This document shows positions 9,771 to 20,390 of a stretch of 64,000 bases of DNA, one piece after another. The translations under genes and the position numbers were made by a program. Source of the DNA: Candidatus Cloacimonadales bacterium (GTDB lineage Bacteria; Cloacimonadota; Cloacimonadia; Cloacimonadales; JAIOQZ01); NCBI GenBank assembly GCA_963662655.2, contig CAXXTU010000002.1, positions 1,536,001-1,600,000 on the forward strand, written 5' to 3'. Each line of letters starts with the position of its first letter. The stretch's first letter is position 1. Below the pieces are notes generated by a model. The model was not told where the DNA came from and did no database searches. It was given only the letters and a program-made list of their open reading frames with translations.

Positions 9771-10795
9771 CGGGACACCTCCTCCGGATTCCTGATCCAT
9801 TTCACTTTCTTTCGAGCGATGATCAGCGCTTCGAGAACCAACAGAACGATCACCGCGAAAACGAAATACTGATACCGATCCTGATATTTCTCGAATTCCT
9901 TGCTGTCAAACTTCTTCTTCTCCATCTGCTCGATCTCGCTGAGAATCTCGAGGATCTCGGACTGCCTTGGCGTCACGGGGTAGAACCTGCCGTTGCCCGT
10001 TTGCGCGATGCGGCTCAACACCCGGACGTCCAGTCGTGTCTGAATGATATTGCCCTCTTCGTCCTTGGCGTACTGTCGGTTGCCCGGTTCGTCGCTCTGC
10101 ATGATGGGGGCGCCCTGCTGCGAACCCACGCCAAGCGTGTAGATCACAACGCCCTGCTTGCCGATGTCCTCGGCGACCTTGATGGCATTCTCTTCCAGAT
10201 CCTCGCCGTCGCTGATCAGCACGATAACCTTGTACTTCTGCGCCTGATCGAACAGCTCGTTGGCGGAGGTCAGCGCTTCACCGATGTCGGTGCCGTAAAC
10301 GGGAACCGTATTGGTATCCAGGAGCTCCAGGAACATCCTGAGCGCACCGTAATCGTCGGTAAGAGGACACTGCACGAACGAACGTCCCGCGAAGGCGATC
10401 AGCGCAACGCGGTCCGACTTCAGTTTATCGACGAATCGCGCGATTTGATCCTTCGCGCGGTCGATACGGCTGGGTTTGATGTCTTCGGCGTCCATGCTCT
10501 TGGAGACGTCCACACACACGACGATATCGAGACCTTCCTTCTTCATGATGGACATCTCCTTGCCCCACTGCGGACGCGCCGCCGCGATAATCATGAAGAA
10601 TAGCGCTGCCAGCAGGATGACGTTCTTCAAATTCCAGTGGAAGCTGGAGAACTCCTGCAAGAAGTACCCGAAGAAACGTTTGTCTGCGAAGCGGAGGAAG
10701 TATTTTTCCTGCAGCCTCGCGCTCACCCAGATGAACACCATGTACAACGGTATCAGCAGGAGGAGAATGAGCAGTCCAGGATTACCCCATCTCAT
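9767..10795 (-). CDS. batB: BatB-like VWA domain protein
   Basis: AAARPQWG, MIDAS DVSKSM, PLTDDY, ISDGED. Confidence 0.85.
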   Translation of the reverse strand: MRWGNPGLLILLLLIPLYMVFIWVSARLQEKYFLRFADKRFFGYFLQEFSSFHWNLKNVILLAALFFMIIAAARPQWGKEMSIMKKEGLDIVVCVDVSKSMDAEDIKPSRIDRAKDQIARFVDKLKSDRVALIAFAGRSFVQCPLTDDYGALRMFLELLDTNTVPVYGTDIGEALTSANELFDQAQKYKVIVLISDGEDLEENAIKVAEDIGKQGVVIYTLGVGSQQGAPIMQSDEPGNRQYAKDEEGNIIQTRLDVRVLSRIAQTGNGRFYPVTPRQSEILEILSEIEQMEKKKFDSKEFEKYQDRYQYFVFAVIVLLVLEALIIARKKVKWIRNPEEVSR

Positions 10796-10820
10796 GCTGT
10801 GACCTCCCTGCTGCGTTCGG

Positions 10821-10860
10821 CCCTTCTACTCCGCTCAGGGTGACAGGATTCAGGGTGACA
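10821..10860. repeat. REP-like repeat remnant with 11-bp direct repeat TCAGGGTGACA x2
   Basis: CCCTTCTACTCCGCTCAGGGTGACA followed by a second TCAGGGTGACA (10835-10845, 10850-10860) in the batA-batB gap. Confidence 0.55.
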
Positions 10861-10885
10861 ATGTATGTTTTTGACATGATTTCTC

Positions 10886-11878
10886 CTACGGAATCTCTTT
10901 TCTGAGGAGGAAGCGGAATGCCGCCTCCGCGATGAGGAACGCCATCGCGAGGATCAGCACAATGCCGAAGAGTTCGCGGTGCTGGTAGTAGGTATTCACC
11001 TTGACCGTGCTCTTCTCCATGCTGTCGATGAGTTCCAGAATCTGTTCGAGTTCCTTGGTGTTGTGCGCACGGCGCGCTTTGCGTGTACCTGTGATATCGG
11101 CGATCTGGTTCAGGGTATCCATATCGACGTCGCTGCGGCCCTTCTGATAGCGTGTCCTGCCCCAGGCGTCCTTGTAAGGGAAATCGACCATACCCTGGCT
11201 TCCGACACCGATCGGATAGACTTTGATGTCGTTGATCTTCGCCAGTTCGGCTGCATCGAGCGGCTCGATCTCGCCGGTGTTGTTGCGACCGTCCGTAATG
11301 AGGATCACGACTTTCGACTTCGCGTCCGATTTCTCCAGCCGCGCGACCGCGGTTCCAAGCCCGAGTCCTATCGCCGTCCCGTTCTGCGATTCGTCGATCT
11401 TCACCGATTCCAGAAGCCTGTTGAGGATCCGGTAATCGAGCGTAAGAGGGCACTGCGTGAAGGCGTGCTCCGCGAAAACGACGATTCCGATGCGGTCGTT
11501 GGGACGCTTGCGGATGAATTCCGCCGCTACCTTCTTTGCGGCTTCCAGGCGGTTTTCCGGCTGGAAGTCGATGGCGTGCATACTGCCCGAGATATCGACG
11601 GCCAGCATGATATCGATGCCGCGCCCGACCACCTCGGTTTGCTTGTTCTTGAAACGAGGTCTGGCAAGCGACGTGACCAGGAGTAGGATGATCAGCGTCC
11701 TGAAGACGATGGGGACAAAACGCATGAGGCTGCTGTGACCGGCTGCTTCCTTGAGAAGCGCGACCGATGGATGGATGATCCTGACGATTTTCCGTCTCTT
11801 GTAGAAGATTTCATACACGAGGTAGAATGGTATAATCAAGAGCAACCAGAACCAGGAAGGACTCGCGAACTCAAACAT
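10886..11878 (-). CDS. batA: BatA-like VWA domain protein
   Basis: MFEFASPSWFWLL start, LARP, MIDAS DISGSM, GTAIGLGL, ITDGRNN. Confidence 0.87.
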   Translation of the reverse strand: MFEFASPSWFWLLLIIPFYLVYEIFYKRRKIVRIIHPSVALLKEAAGHSSLMRFVPIVFRTLIILLLVTSLARPRFKNKQTEVVGRGIDIMLAVDISGSMHAIDFQPENRLEAAKKVAAEFIRKRPNDRIGIVVFAEHAFTQCPLTLDYRILNRLLESVKIDESQNGTAIGLGLGTAVARLEKSDAKSKVVILITDGRNNTGEIEPLDAAELAKINDIKVYPIGVGSQGMVDFPYKDAWGRTRYQKGRSDVDMDTLNQIADITGTRKARRAHNTKELEQILELIDSMEKSTVKVNTYYQHRELFGIVLILAMAFLIAEAAFRFLLRKEIP

Positions 11879-12800
11879 CCTTCGCCTCCTCTTCCCGTTG
11901 CTCCTTCTGACGGTGCTCGAAGGATTTAAGATAATCCTCCAGCCATTTCTCCGATCCGGCACACTCCTTGTACGAGCTTTGTCCCTTGGCGTACTTGATC
12001 CGGTCGGCGCCATCGAGGAAATGCAGGATTTCGCTCTTCTCGCTGTGATCCTTCAGCACAAGCGCTTCCCTGATCTCGCGCGTGGTCATCTCCATCGCCT
12101 TGATGCCGTAATAACGCTCGATGAAGAACCGCAGAATCATGGTAATCTCGAAATAGTACTCGAGGAACTGCCCATGATCCGGTAATTTCTTCACGCGAAG
12201 CGTCTCCAGCAATTCAAGCGCGATCACGAACGCCGGGCGCGTGTCCTTGAGCTTGATGGGCAATGCTTCTTTCTGTGGCCTGCGCTTCAGGTAGCGGATC
12301 AGGAATATCAGACCGGTTATCAGCAACGCCAGCGCGAAAATCGGCAGGAAGATGTCCCAGAATCCCGGGTAGATCATCAGGGGTTCTGCGATATCACGTA
12401 CCACGTTGCTGCTATCCGCCAGCATGCTGCGCACGCCGATCTCGAATGGCTCGGTACGCAATTTCTCCAGATTTCCAGCAACCGTTTTCAGCGAAAACTC
12501 GAGTGGCGGGAAGGTGTGCTCGCCCGGCTCGCTCGCGGCGATTGTCAGATCAATGCCTGTCAACTGCTGTTGACCATCCCTGTCCTCTGCGATCTGCCTG
12601 TCGAGGATGTGGAAGACACCCACCGTGTCGATCATGGGTGCATAGATGCTGTCACCCACGGTAGAGGTGATATCGACATGCAGCCTGATGGGCGTTCCGA
12701 TGTAAACTTCCACGGGAATCTCCTGCTGCTGGGAGATGCTCTGCGCCCCCAGCATGGAGATCGTTATCAGTGACATGAGAAGTATAAGTCTAAACCGCAT
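11871..12800 (-). CDS. Bat-operon associated membrane protein
   Basis: Signal peptide, Ig-like domain, TM helix, AMEMTT.EI and AD.IKYAK pattern; lies between DUF58 and batA. Confidence 0.7.
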   Translation of the reverse strand: MRFRLILLMSLITISMLGAQSISQQQEIPVEVYIGTPIRLHVDITSTVGDSIYAPMIDTVGVFHILDRQIAEDRDGQQQLTGIDLTIAASEPGEHTFPPLEFSLKTVAGNLEKLRTEPFEIGVRSMLADSSNVVRDIAEPLMIYPGFWDIFLPIFALALLITGLIFLIRYLKRRPQKEALPIKLKDTRPAFVIALELLETLRVKKLPDHGQFLEYYFEITMILRFFIERYYGIKAMEMTTREIREALVLKDHSEKSEILHFLDGADRIKYAKGQSSYKECAGSEKWLEDYLKSFEHRQKEQREEEAKDV

Positions 12801-12802
12801 AA

Positions 12803-13678
12803 TTATTTCCGTTTCTTGCGCAGCTTGAAGAACTGCATGAGCTCCTTCGCGTACGGCCTGTTGGTTCGCAAATCGACAAGATCGATCTTCATTCGTTTGA
12901 AGCGATCTGCGAGTTCCTCGTCACGTTTCTGCGTCAGGGCTTTGTAGCGTTCACGCACTCTCTTCGACGAGCTGTTCACCGTAAAGGTCTCTCCCGTTTC
13001 GGGATCCCGCACCGAGATGAGTCCGGCGTCCGGCAGCTCTTCTTCCGCCGGGTCCAGCACGCGTATCGCGATGACGTCGTGCTTCTTGGCTAGAATCTTC
13101 AGCGCGCTGTCGTAACCCTCGGCAAGGAAGTCGGATATCACGAAGATAATGCTGTGCTTCTTCACCAGCCGATAGACGTATTCCGACGCCTTCCGGAGGT
13201 CGGTTCCGTCGCTCTGCGGCTCGAAGTACAGGATATCGCGCAGGATTCTGAGCGCCGTCTTCTTGCCTTTGCGCGGCGGAATGTACTTCTCGATCTCGTC
13301 CGAGAAGAGCAGCAGCCCCACCTTGTCGTTGTTGGAAAGCGCTGAGAAGGAGAGCACCGCCGTTACTTCGGTAATGTATTCCGATTTGAGCGCACCCCGT
13401 GTTCCGAACAGCGTCGAAGCACTTCCGTCCACCAGGAACAGCACATTGAGTTCGCGCGTTTCCTCGAACTTCTTGATGTACGGCGTCCGCATACGGGCGG
13501 AGACATTCCAGTCGATCTGACGGTAGCTGTCGCCGCTCTGGTACTCGCGCACCTCGGAGAACTCGAGTCCCTGCCCCTTGAAGAGGGAGTGGTACTCGCC
13601 CGAGAAGAGCTCGTTCACCATGTTTCGCGTGGTGATTTCGATCTTTCGGATCTTCTTGAGAATTTCGGTCGTATCCAT
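12803..13678 (-). CDS. DUF58 domain protein
   Basis: GEYHSLFKGQGLEFSEVREYQ.GD...IDWNVSAR. Confidence 0.92.
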   Translation of the reverse strand: MDTTEILKKIRKIEITTRNMVNELFSGEYHSLFKGQGLEFSEVREYQSGDSYRQIDWNVSARMRTPYIKKFEETRELNVLFLVDGSASTLFGTRGALKSEYITEVTAVLSFSALSNNDKVGLLLFSDEIEKYIPPRKGKKTALRILRDILYFEPQSDGTDLRKASEYVYRLVKKHSIIFVISDFLAEGYDSALKILAKKHDVIAIRVLDPAEEELPDAGLISVRDPETGETFTVNSSSKRVRERYKALTQKRDEELADRFKRMKIDLVDLRTNRPYAKELMQFFKLRKKRK

Positions 13679-13690
13679 AAGCCGCTATTT

Positions 13691-14677
13691 CTAAGGAACT
13701 TCTATTTCATCAAAGAGTTTTTGAACGATGTCTTCCTGGGTTCTTTGCTCCGCTTCCGCCTCGTACGTGAGGATGATGCGATGACGCAGCACGTCCTTTC
13801 CGATGGCCTTCACATCGTCCGGCGTCACGTATCCGCGGTGTTCCAGCATGGCGTGCGCCTTCGCGGCTTGCGCCAGGTAGATACCTGCACGAGGGGATGC
13901 GCCGCATTCGATCAGGTTCTCCAGTTCCTTCAAATTCTTGAACTTGCCCGGCTCGCGCGTTGCGAAAACGAGGTCGAGGATGTACTCCTGCACCTTCTCT
14001 TCCATGTAGATATCCTTCACCAGCTCGCGCAGCTCAAGGATTTCCTTCGGATCAAGCGCCTTCTCCACCGGTATATTCTCGGCGCGCACCATGCGGTTCA
14101 TAATCTCCCGTTCTTCGTCGCGGGTCGGGTAGTCGACCAATAGCTTGAGCATGAAACGGTCAACCTGGGCTTCGGGGAGCGGGAAGGTTCCTTCCTGCTC
14201 GATTGGATTCTGCGTCGCCATCACCAGGAACGGTTTGGGAAGCGTGTGCGTGGTGTCGCTGATAGTCACCTGACGCTCCTGCATCGCTTCGAGCAGCGCA
14301 GACTGGACTTTCGCGGGGGCGCGGTTGATCTCGTCGGCAAGGATAAAATTCGCGAAGATCGGCCCCATCTTGGGCACGAACTCGCTCGTCTTCATATTGT
14401 AAATCATGGTTCCCACCAGGTCGGCCGGCAGGAGATCCGGAGTGAACTGAATGCGTTTGAACGTCGCGTCGAGCGCATTTGCAAGTGTTGTGACCGAAAG
14501 AGTTTTCGCCAATCCCGGAACACCCTCGAGCAGGATGTGTCCATTTGCCAGAAGGCCTATCATCATGCGGCGGATCATGTAATCCTGACCCACGATAACC
14601 TTTCTCACTTCGGCGAACACCCGATCGAGCGCTTGGCTTTTCTCCATAACGTTCTTGTTGATTTCCTCGATCGTCAT
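13691..14677 (-). CDS. moxR: MoxR family AAA+ ATPase
   Basis: LEGVPGLAKT, RIQFTPDLLPAD, LADEINRA, ATQNPIEQEGT. Confidence 0.95.
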   Translation of the reverse strand: MTIEEINKNVMEKSQALDRVFAEVRKVIVGQDYMIRRMMIGLLANGHILLEGVPGLAKTLSVTTLANALDATFKRIQFTPDLLPADLVGTMIYNMKTSEFVPKMGPIFANFILADEINRAPAKVQSALLEAMQERQVTISDTTHTLPKPFLVMATQNPIEQEGTFPLPEAQVDRFMLKLLVDYPTRDEEREIMNRMVRAENIPVEKALDPKEILELRELVKDIYMEEKVQEYILDLVFATREPGKFKNLKELENLIECGASPRAGIYLAQAAKAHAMLEHRGYVTPDDVKAIGKDVLRHRIILTYEAEAEQRTQEDIVQKLFDEIEVP

Positions 14678-14720
14678 TTCTCCTCCTGAATTTCATTTTT
14701 CATCCGAATAACGCGAACCA

Positions 14721-15209
14721 TCAGCATGTGTTGCAATCCTCTTCACCATTTTTCTCAACAGTCTCGTGAATTGCAGGATTGATTTTCTTCTTCAGCTCCT
14801 TCACATAGTTGACAATCGCGTCGGGCGGAGCGTTCTTCAACGCCTCCAGCGTGCTGTGTATCTCGCCGTATAGCTCGATAGTCTGCGGATTCGTTTCCTT
14901 CTCGGATACGCCCGAGAACAAATCTTCCTTGGGATCAAGTTTGTATTTTAATAGTAAAAACTCATGGAAATACTTTGTTACGACCTTCGTCTTGACCGGC
15001 TCGTGCCCCAGCTCGATGTTCACCAGGTGCGAATAGAATTGCAACTCCGGTGAGAGTCGCCGGAATGGATATGTGCTTCTCGGGCGACGAAGTCTCCTGC
15101 GTGCGAGGAAGAGGTACACGATCAGAATCACGATAAACACGACGATGAACGTCATGATCAACGAGCGCCAGGAATCCGCCTTCGTCGCTGCCAGCGCCAA
15201 GGGAATCAT
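14721..15209 (-). CDS. Hypothetical membrane-anchored protein
   Basis: Single N-terminal TM followed by basic residues; start overlaps upstream stop. Confidence 0.7.
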   Translation of the reverse strand: MIPLALAATKADSWRSLIMTFIVVFIVILIVYLFLARRRLRRPRSTYPFRRLSPELQFYSHLVNIELGHEPVKTKVVTKYFHEFLLLKYKLDPKEDLFSGVSEKETNPQTIELYGEIHSTLEALKNAPPDAIVNYVKELKKKINPAIHETVEKNGEEDCNTC

Positions 15210-15703
15210 CGCTTACACCTCTTCTCGATAATCGTGTTGCCCCGCAGTGACTTGAGTCGCAAAACCGCAGCCTCTTCCGATACCTCCATCACCAGGTACG
15301 AAGGCTCGCGGTTGCGATCGAATTCGCTTTTCAGATGACCGGGATTCGCATAGACAATCCCGTCCTCCCCGGAAATCCCACCGTGATGCGTATGCCCATA
15401 CAGCACGATATCGCCCTGCACCTTTTGCTTGAAATAATCCGCAAGGTGGTGCACCATCCCAATATTCCACCCATCGACATCCACATGCAATATCGCCGGT
15501 AACGATCCGTCGTGATACCGGGCGTGGAAGATTCCGGGGACCCGCATCAGTATCGCACCCTCGTACAGGTCGTAGTTATCCTGCATGTCCTCGTAGTTGT
15601 CGCCCAGATGGATGATCATATCGTAATCGGATTCCTGCGCGAACGGCTTGCGTAACAATTGATGGTTGCCGTGCGTGTCGGATAGAACGATGATCTTCGT
15701 CAT
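15206..15703 (-). CDS. YfcE-like metallophosphoesterase
   Basis: SDTHG, HLGD, GHTH, NPG motifs. Confidence 0.87.
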   Translation of the reverse strand: MTKIIVLSDTHGNHQLLRKPFAQESDYDMIIHLGDNYEDMQDNYDLYEGAILMRVPGIFHARYHDGSLPAILHVDVDGWNIGMVHHLADYFKQKVQGDIVLYGHTHHGGISGEDGIVYANPGHLKSEFDRNREPSYLVMEVSEEAAVLRLKSLRGNTIIEKRCKR

Positions 15704-15748
15704 GTGTTTCTCCTGTTCTTTGTCTGGTACCTCGGCGCAGATCGCGAG

Positions 15749-15915
15749 CAGATTCGTTCGATCTCAAGCGGAATCGTGGTGTTTCACACCAGATTTTCGA
15801 CTTTCGTGCAACGAAAACGAAATCTTCGAACGAAAGCCTTTCGCGGAGCGATACAACGAGAGTGGATAATCGGGTGTGGTATATCCACGATGGAGCGAGG
15901 GATCGGGCGAAGATG
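15749..15915 (+). repeat. Intergenic hairpin element copy 1 (subtype A, 167 nt)
   Basis: CAGATTCGTTCGATC...GTGGTGTTTCACAC...GTGTGGTATATCCAC...GATCGGGCGAAGATG; about 90% identical to 55657-55823. Confidence 0.92.
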
Positions 15916-15977
15916 CCGCGATGTGCTGCACGCAAAGTCCACTCATAATTTATGTTCGAATCGAGATTGATCTTCCA

Positions 15978-17201
15978 CTATTTTCTGTCGTGAATCAAAT
16001 CCACCGGATCGTACTTCGTTGTCTTACGGGCCGGATAAATACTCGCCAGCAAAGCGATAACAAAAGCCACAACCGGTACGAGAATCAGATCAGAAGCCCT
16101 GAACTCGACAGGAACCGTACTCAAGGGAAATCCCGGGACAGGGATTTGAACCCACTGCCATTTAATCTGTGTCAGAAGTAACACGATTGCTGAGACGTAG
16201 CCCATGACAATCCCCGAAACACCGATGATCAACCCACCCGTTGTGAATATCCGTATTACATCGCGACCGCTCATGCCGATCGCCTTGAGAATACCCAACT
16301 CCTTGCGTTTCTCCACCACAGTTTTCAAGAAGCTACCCGAAATGTTCAGCGCGACAATCACGAACATCAAGCTGAGCACGGTAAACATCACAATCTTTTC
16401 GATGCGGATCGATGTAAAGAGATTCTTCTCGAACTGACTCCAGTCCTCGATAAAATATTCATCGCCAACCGCTTTCGAAATCGAATTCGCAGTCCGGATC
16501 GCCTTGTCCGCATTCTTGCTGTGAACCTCCAGCCGGTCAATCTCGTCCGTATAGCCCTGGAAATACCTCGCGTTCTCCAATGAGACCATCGCATACAGCT
16601 TATCGTAATCCGGCATGCCCGTACGAAGCAAACCGATCACGCGAAAATTCCTCGAACGCGGCAGCAATCCAAAAGGCCCGGGGTCCATCCCCAACGGAGT
16701 GGAAAGCCGTACTTCCTCACCCACCGTTACACGAAGATCAAGCGACAAGTCCATTCCCAACAGAATCCCGTCGTCCTTCAGACTCGCTTCACCGGGATCG
16801 CCGATGATTACATGATCGCTCAGTGCACTGATATCGATGTGCCGCCGATAATCGATGCCAATGCAGCGAATCGCACTGATCCGATCCCGGTGCTGAATCA
16901 ATAACTCGCTTTGACATACGGGGGAAACGGAAGCGACTCCCTCTACCCGGTCGACCTTCCCCATTACTTCTTCCCAATCCTGCATCGGTTGGTAATCTCT
17001 ATTCATTACGTGGATATCCGATTTGAATCCGATCACCTTGGATCGCATATATCGCTCGAAGCCATTCATGACCGACGAAACGACCAGCAACGCGAACACG
17101 CCCAGTGATATCCCCAGCAATGCCAGCATGTTGGTCGAATTCAAGAAAAGCCTCTTCCTCGATTTCAAGTAGCGGAATGCGATAAAATAGGACGGTTTCA
17201 A
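15978..17201 (-). CDS. LolC/E-type (FtsX-like) ABC transporter permease
   Basis: FIAFRYLKS, GISLGV.ALLVV.SVMNGF, EKRKELGILKAIG, SIYPARK; TTG start. Confidence 0.88.
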   Translation of the reverse strand: MKPSYFIAFRYLKSRKRLFLNSTNMLALLGISLGVFALLVVSSVMNGFERYMRSKVIGFKSDIHVMNRDYQPMQDWEEVMGKVDRVEGVASVSPVCQSELLIQHRDRISAIRCIGIDYRRHIDISALSDHVIIGDPGEASLKDDGILLGMDLSLDLRVTVGEEVRLSTPLGMDPGPFGLLPRSRNFRVIGLLRTGMPDYDKLYAMVSLENARYFQGYTDEIDRLEVHSKNADKAIRTANSISKAVGDEYFIEDWSQFEKNLFTSIRIEKIVMFTVLSLMFVIVALNISGSFLKTVVEKRKELGILKAIGMSGRDVIRIFTTGGLIIGVSGIVMGYVSAIVLLLTQIKWQWVQIPVPGFPLSTVPVEFRASDLILVPVVAFVIALLASIYPARKTTKYDPVDLIHDRK

Positions 17202-17202
17202 G

Positions 17203-20200
17203 TTATAATCCTGCCGTATCGGGATTGATCAACCTCTCAATCATCCTGCTGAGCTTCTGGATATTGTACGGCTTCATGATTACATCGTTGAAGCCTTCGC
17301 TCAACAGATCGTCGATGAGATTTATTTCCGTGTACCCCCGTGGTCGCTATCGCCTTGATGTCCGGATCGATCTTGCGGATATCCCTTAAGATTTCGATTC
17401 CCCCGTTTTCACCGGGGATCGTCAAGTCAAGCAGCACCACGTCGTAAGGTGTTTTGCTTTCAATAGCTTTGTTGAATAACCACAGCGCTCGGTCCTCTCC
17501 CTGCGCCGTGTCGATCTCATAACCGAGATGCTTGCTCAGCCTTTTCAACATCTGGCAAACCTCTTTCTGATCGTCCACGGCCAGTATGCGACCTGTTCCT
17601 TTTATAAATGCTGATGTCGATGAAGCATAAACTTCTTTCTGATCCGATGCTGGCAGATAGATATGAAACGTCGTATATTTCCCCACCTCCGATTGCACTT
17701 CGATTTTCCCGTTGTGCTTACGGATAATCGAATGGACTACCGCAAGCCCCAGGCCATGTCCGGTTTCCTTCGTGGAAAAATATGGGTCGAATATTCTATG
17801 AAGATTTTCCTGCGGAATTCCATGCCCGGTATCGGAAATGCTGATACGAACATATTCACACTGCTCGTCCGGAGCGAGATTTCCCTCCACTTCCCGGCGG
17901 CTCATCGTTCGATTCTCCGCCCAGATTCGGACAAGCCCCCCCTCGGGCATTGCAGCGCTTGCATTGATGACGATATTCTGCACGACCTGGCTCAATTGCC
18001 CCCTGTCTGCGATTACATTCTTCAAATCCTCGGGATGATCGAATTCGCAATCCGTCTTCGAACCCCTGAGCGCAAAGAAAGCCGAGTCCCGGATCACGTG
18101 ATCAAGATCCGTGTTTTCCAGAATAGGTGCGCCCCCCTTGGAGAAGGTCAGCAGTTGTTTCGTCAGCGATTGCGCCCTGCGGATCGCTTTAACAGTCTCA
18201 TCGAGGTTTTCGTAATCAATGGAGGTTTCGTGGAAGTTTGTCATCACCATCTCGATATTGCCCAGCATAATCAATAGCAGGTTGTTGAAGTCATGCGCGA
18301 TACCTCCCGCCAAAATGCCGAGTGAATCCAGCTTCTGCAAGCGAAGACGCTCCTCTTCATACTGGCTGCGCTCGGTGATGTCGAGAGCGACCTTCAAGAA
18401 AAGTTCTTCTCCATCAACATCGGTGAACTTGATGATGTTCGCCAAATAATGCCTGCCGTGAGGATCATTCCACTCGAAAGAGGTGCTGTCGATATTTTCG
18501 TACTTACTAAACAGCTTGCAGCTTTCACATGGAGTATCCCGATCTTGCACAATCTTATGACATAATCTGTTTTCGTATTCCCCATATCGCTCTATGAAAG
18601 CTTTATTCCCATATTTGATCTTGTAATCTCTTGCCTGTATATAGACTGGGGTAGGCAAGAGGTCGAGAATGGTGAAAAGCCTGCTCTTTTCCTGTTTCAG
18701 CTTGGATAGCGCGCTTTCGCGTTCGGTTATATCGTTCATGATTGCTATGATGCTCATAGGCTTACCGTCTTTATCTTTCGCCAGAGAACATAAAAACGCG
18801 AGAGATTTATCGATTCCCTGCGCATTAACAAACGATATTTCTCCATCCCAAAATCCATTACGTAAAACATAATCCAGAATGGTACCTGTTTGGGCCTTAT
18901 CGGGAAACAAATCACGCACATTCTTCCCAACTATCTGCATGGGGTTATCATAGCCGAAGACCTTCACCGTAGCCTTGTTCACATAGGTTACTTTGCCCGA
19001 AGCATCCGCAATACCTATGCCGTTGACGGACGATTCGATTGCGATATCCTTGACTTTCATCATGTCTTCGGACATTTTTTTCATTGTGATATCCTCGACA
19101 ATCCCAAGGATATACTTCGGTTCGTCATTGTCATCGAATATCGGAACTCTCTTCACATTCAGCCAGATGTTGCGAATCCCCGAGTCAATGTGTTCTTCAT
19201 AGAATGTTACATCCTCTCGATTCCTTATCGTTTCCGCGTCCTTCATGTGGTAATATTCCGCGACATCCGGTTTATCCACGATTTCATCATCGGTCTTCCC
19301 GAGCGTTGCAGAGCGTGGAATCCCCGTCATAACTTCAAACTGACGGTTCCAGACGATGAAACGAAAATCGTCTTTGGCATCCTTCACGAAGACGCCGAGG
19401 GGCAGCTCATGAATGATCTGTTCGCTGAATCGTTTCTGATCGTCCAATTGTTTCAGGGCGTTGACGCGTTGCGTAATGTCCATCATCGAGACTATGCGCT
19501 CCATCGTCTCGCTATCCACGCTAATTTTCATGTGGATATGCAGCTCTTCACCCCGGCGGTTGTAGATTCTGAATTCATACTCGGAGGGCGGATTCCCTTT
19601 CATCTCGGAACGAAGCTTATGATAATAAGACATCCGTTCGTAGTCCTCGGGAACGATGAAATCGCTGAGCTGTTTATGCCCTTCAATCTCATCTCGATTA
19701 AAACCTATCAGTTCGCAAAATTTCTTGTTGCAGCGGGTAATAACCCCATCATCGCCGAATATGCACGTTGCCGCACCGGTATTCTCGAATACCAGGCGGT
19801 ACTTCATCTCTTCTTTCTCGATGAGCTGCGCGATCTCCTTGCTGTCCATCAACGGGATGAAGAAGAAGTCGCAATTCTCGCTTTCATCGCTTTGCGTTTT
19901 CACGCCAACGATGCGCATGGGGACTTGGTCATGCTCCGAAAAACTGATGATCTGCTCTTCAGCGTATTTCATGCCCCCAGAAATTTTCCGATACACCTTT
20001 TCGATTCCAGCGCAAGTTTTTGGGCTGAGCCACTTTCTCAGATCATCCTCACTTGGATTGGCGTCATCGATTTTCGCGTAATCTCTGGCAGATTGGTTAT
20101 ACTTGACAATTCGAAGCGAACTGTCGATAATTATATGGGGCACATTGAACAAGCTGCAAAGCAACTCGACGGTGTTATAATTTTCATCCGGCAAATCTGA

Positions 20201-20212
20201 AAACTGTTTCAT
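17203..20212 (-). CDS. Multi-PAS hybrid histidine kinase with +1 frameshift in the receiver domain (as read ends at 17237; repaired frame ends at 17203)
   Basis: Several PAS domains, LAGGIAHDFNN, DTGHGI, FSTK..GHGLGL, receiver VDD/LLDL; the missing GY...GF...KPY tail lies in the adjacent frame after the C5 run at 17335-17339. Confidence 0.88.
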
Positions 20213-20390
20213 CTTATTCCCTTGGTTTCAGAATGATAATTCATTACACAACAGTACCCTGTTTTGATCAAGTAAAAATATTTTTATAGCCCAATAATCT
20301 TTAAAATTATTCAGCTTCCCCGAATAATCTTCTTGCCTGATCGCACCCAACCCGGTTATAAATGCACTGTGCTTCAAGGAGGATAGAACG

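Noticed and set aside
6451..14677. MoxR-DUF58-VWA-TPR operon as a novel system
   Set aside because: Matches the described bat operon architecture
15576..16181. Short ORFs overlapping the hairpin elements (also at 33299-33636, 43034-43458, 55600-55848)
   Set aside because: Their mutual similarity comes from the repeat itself; frames, starts and lengths are not conserved between copies
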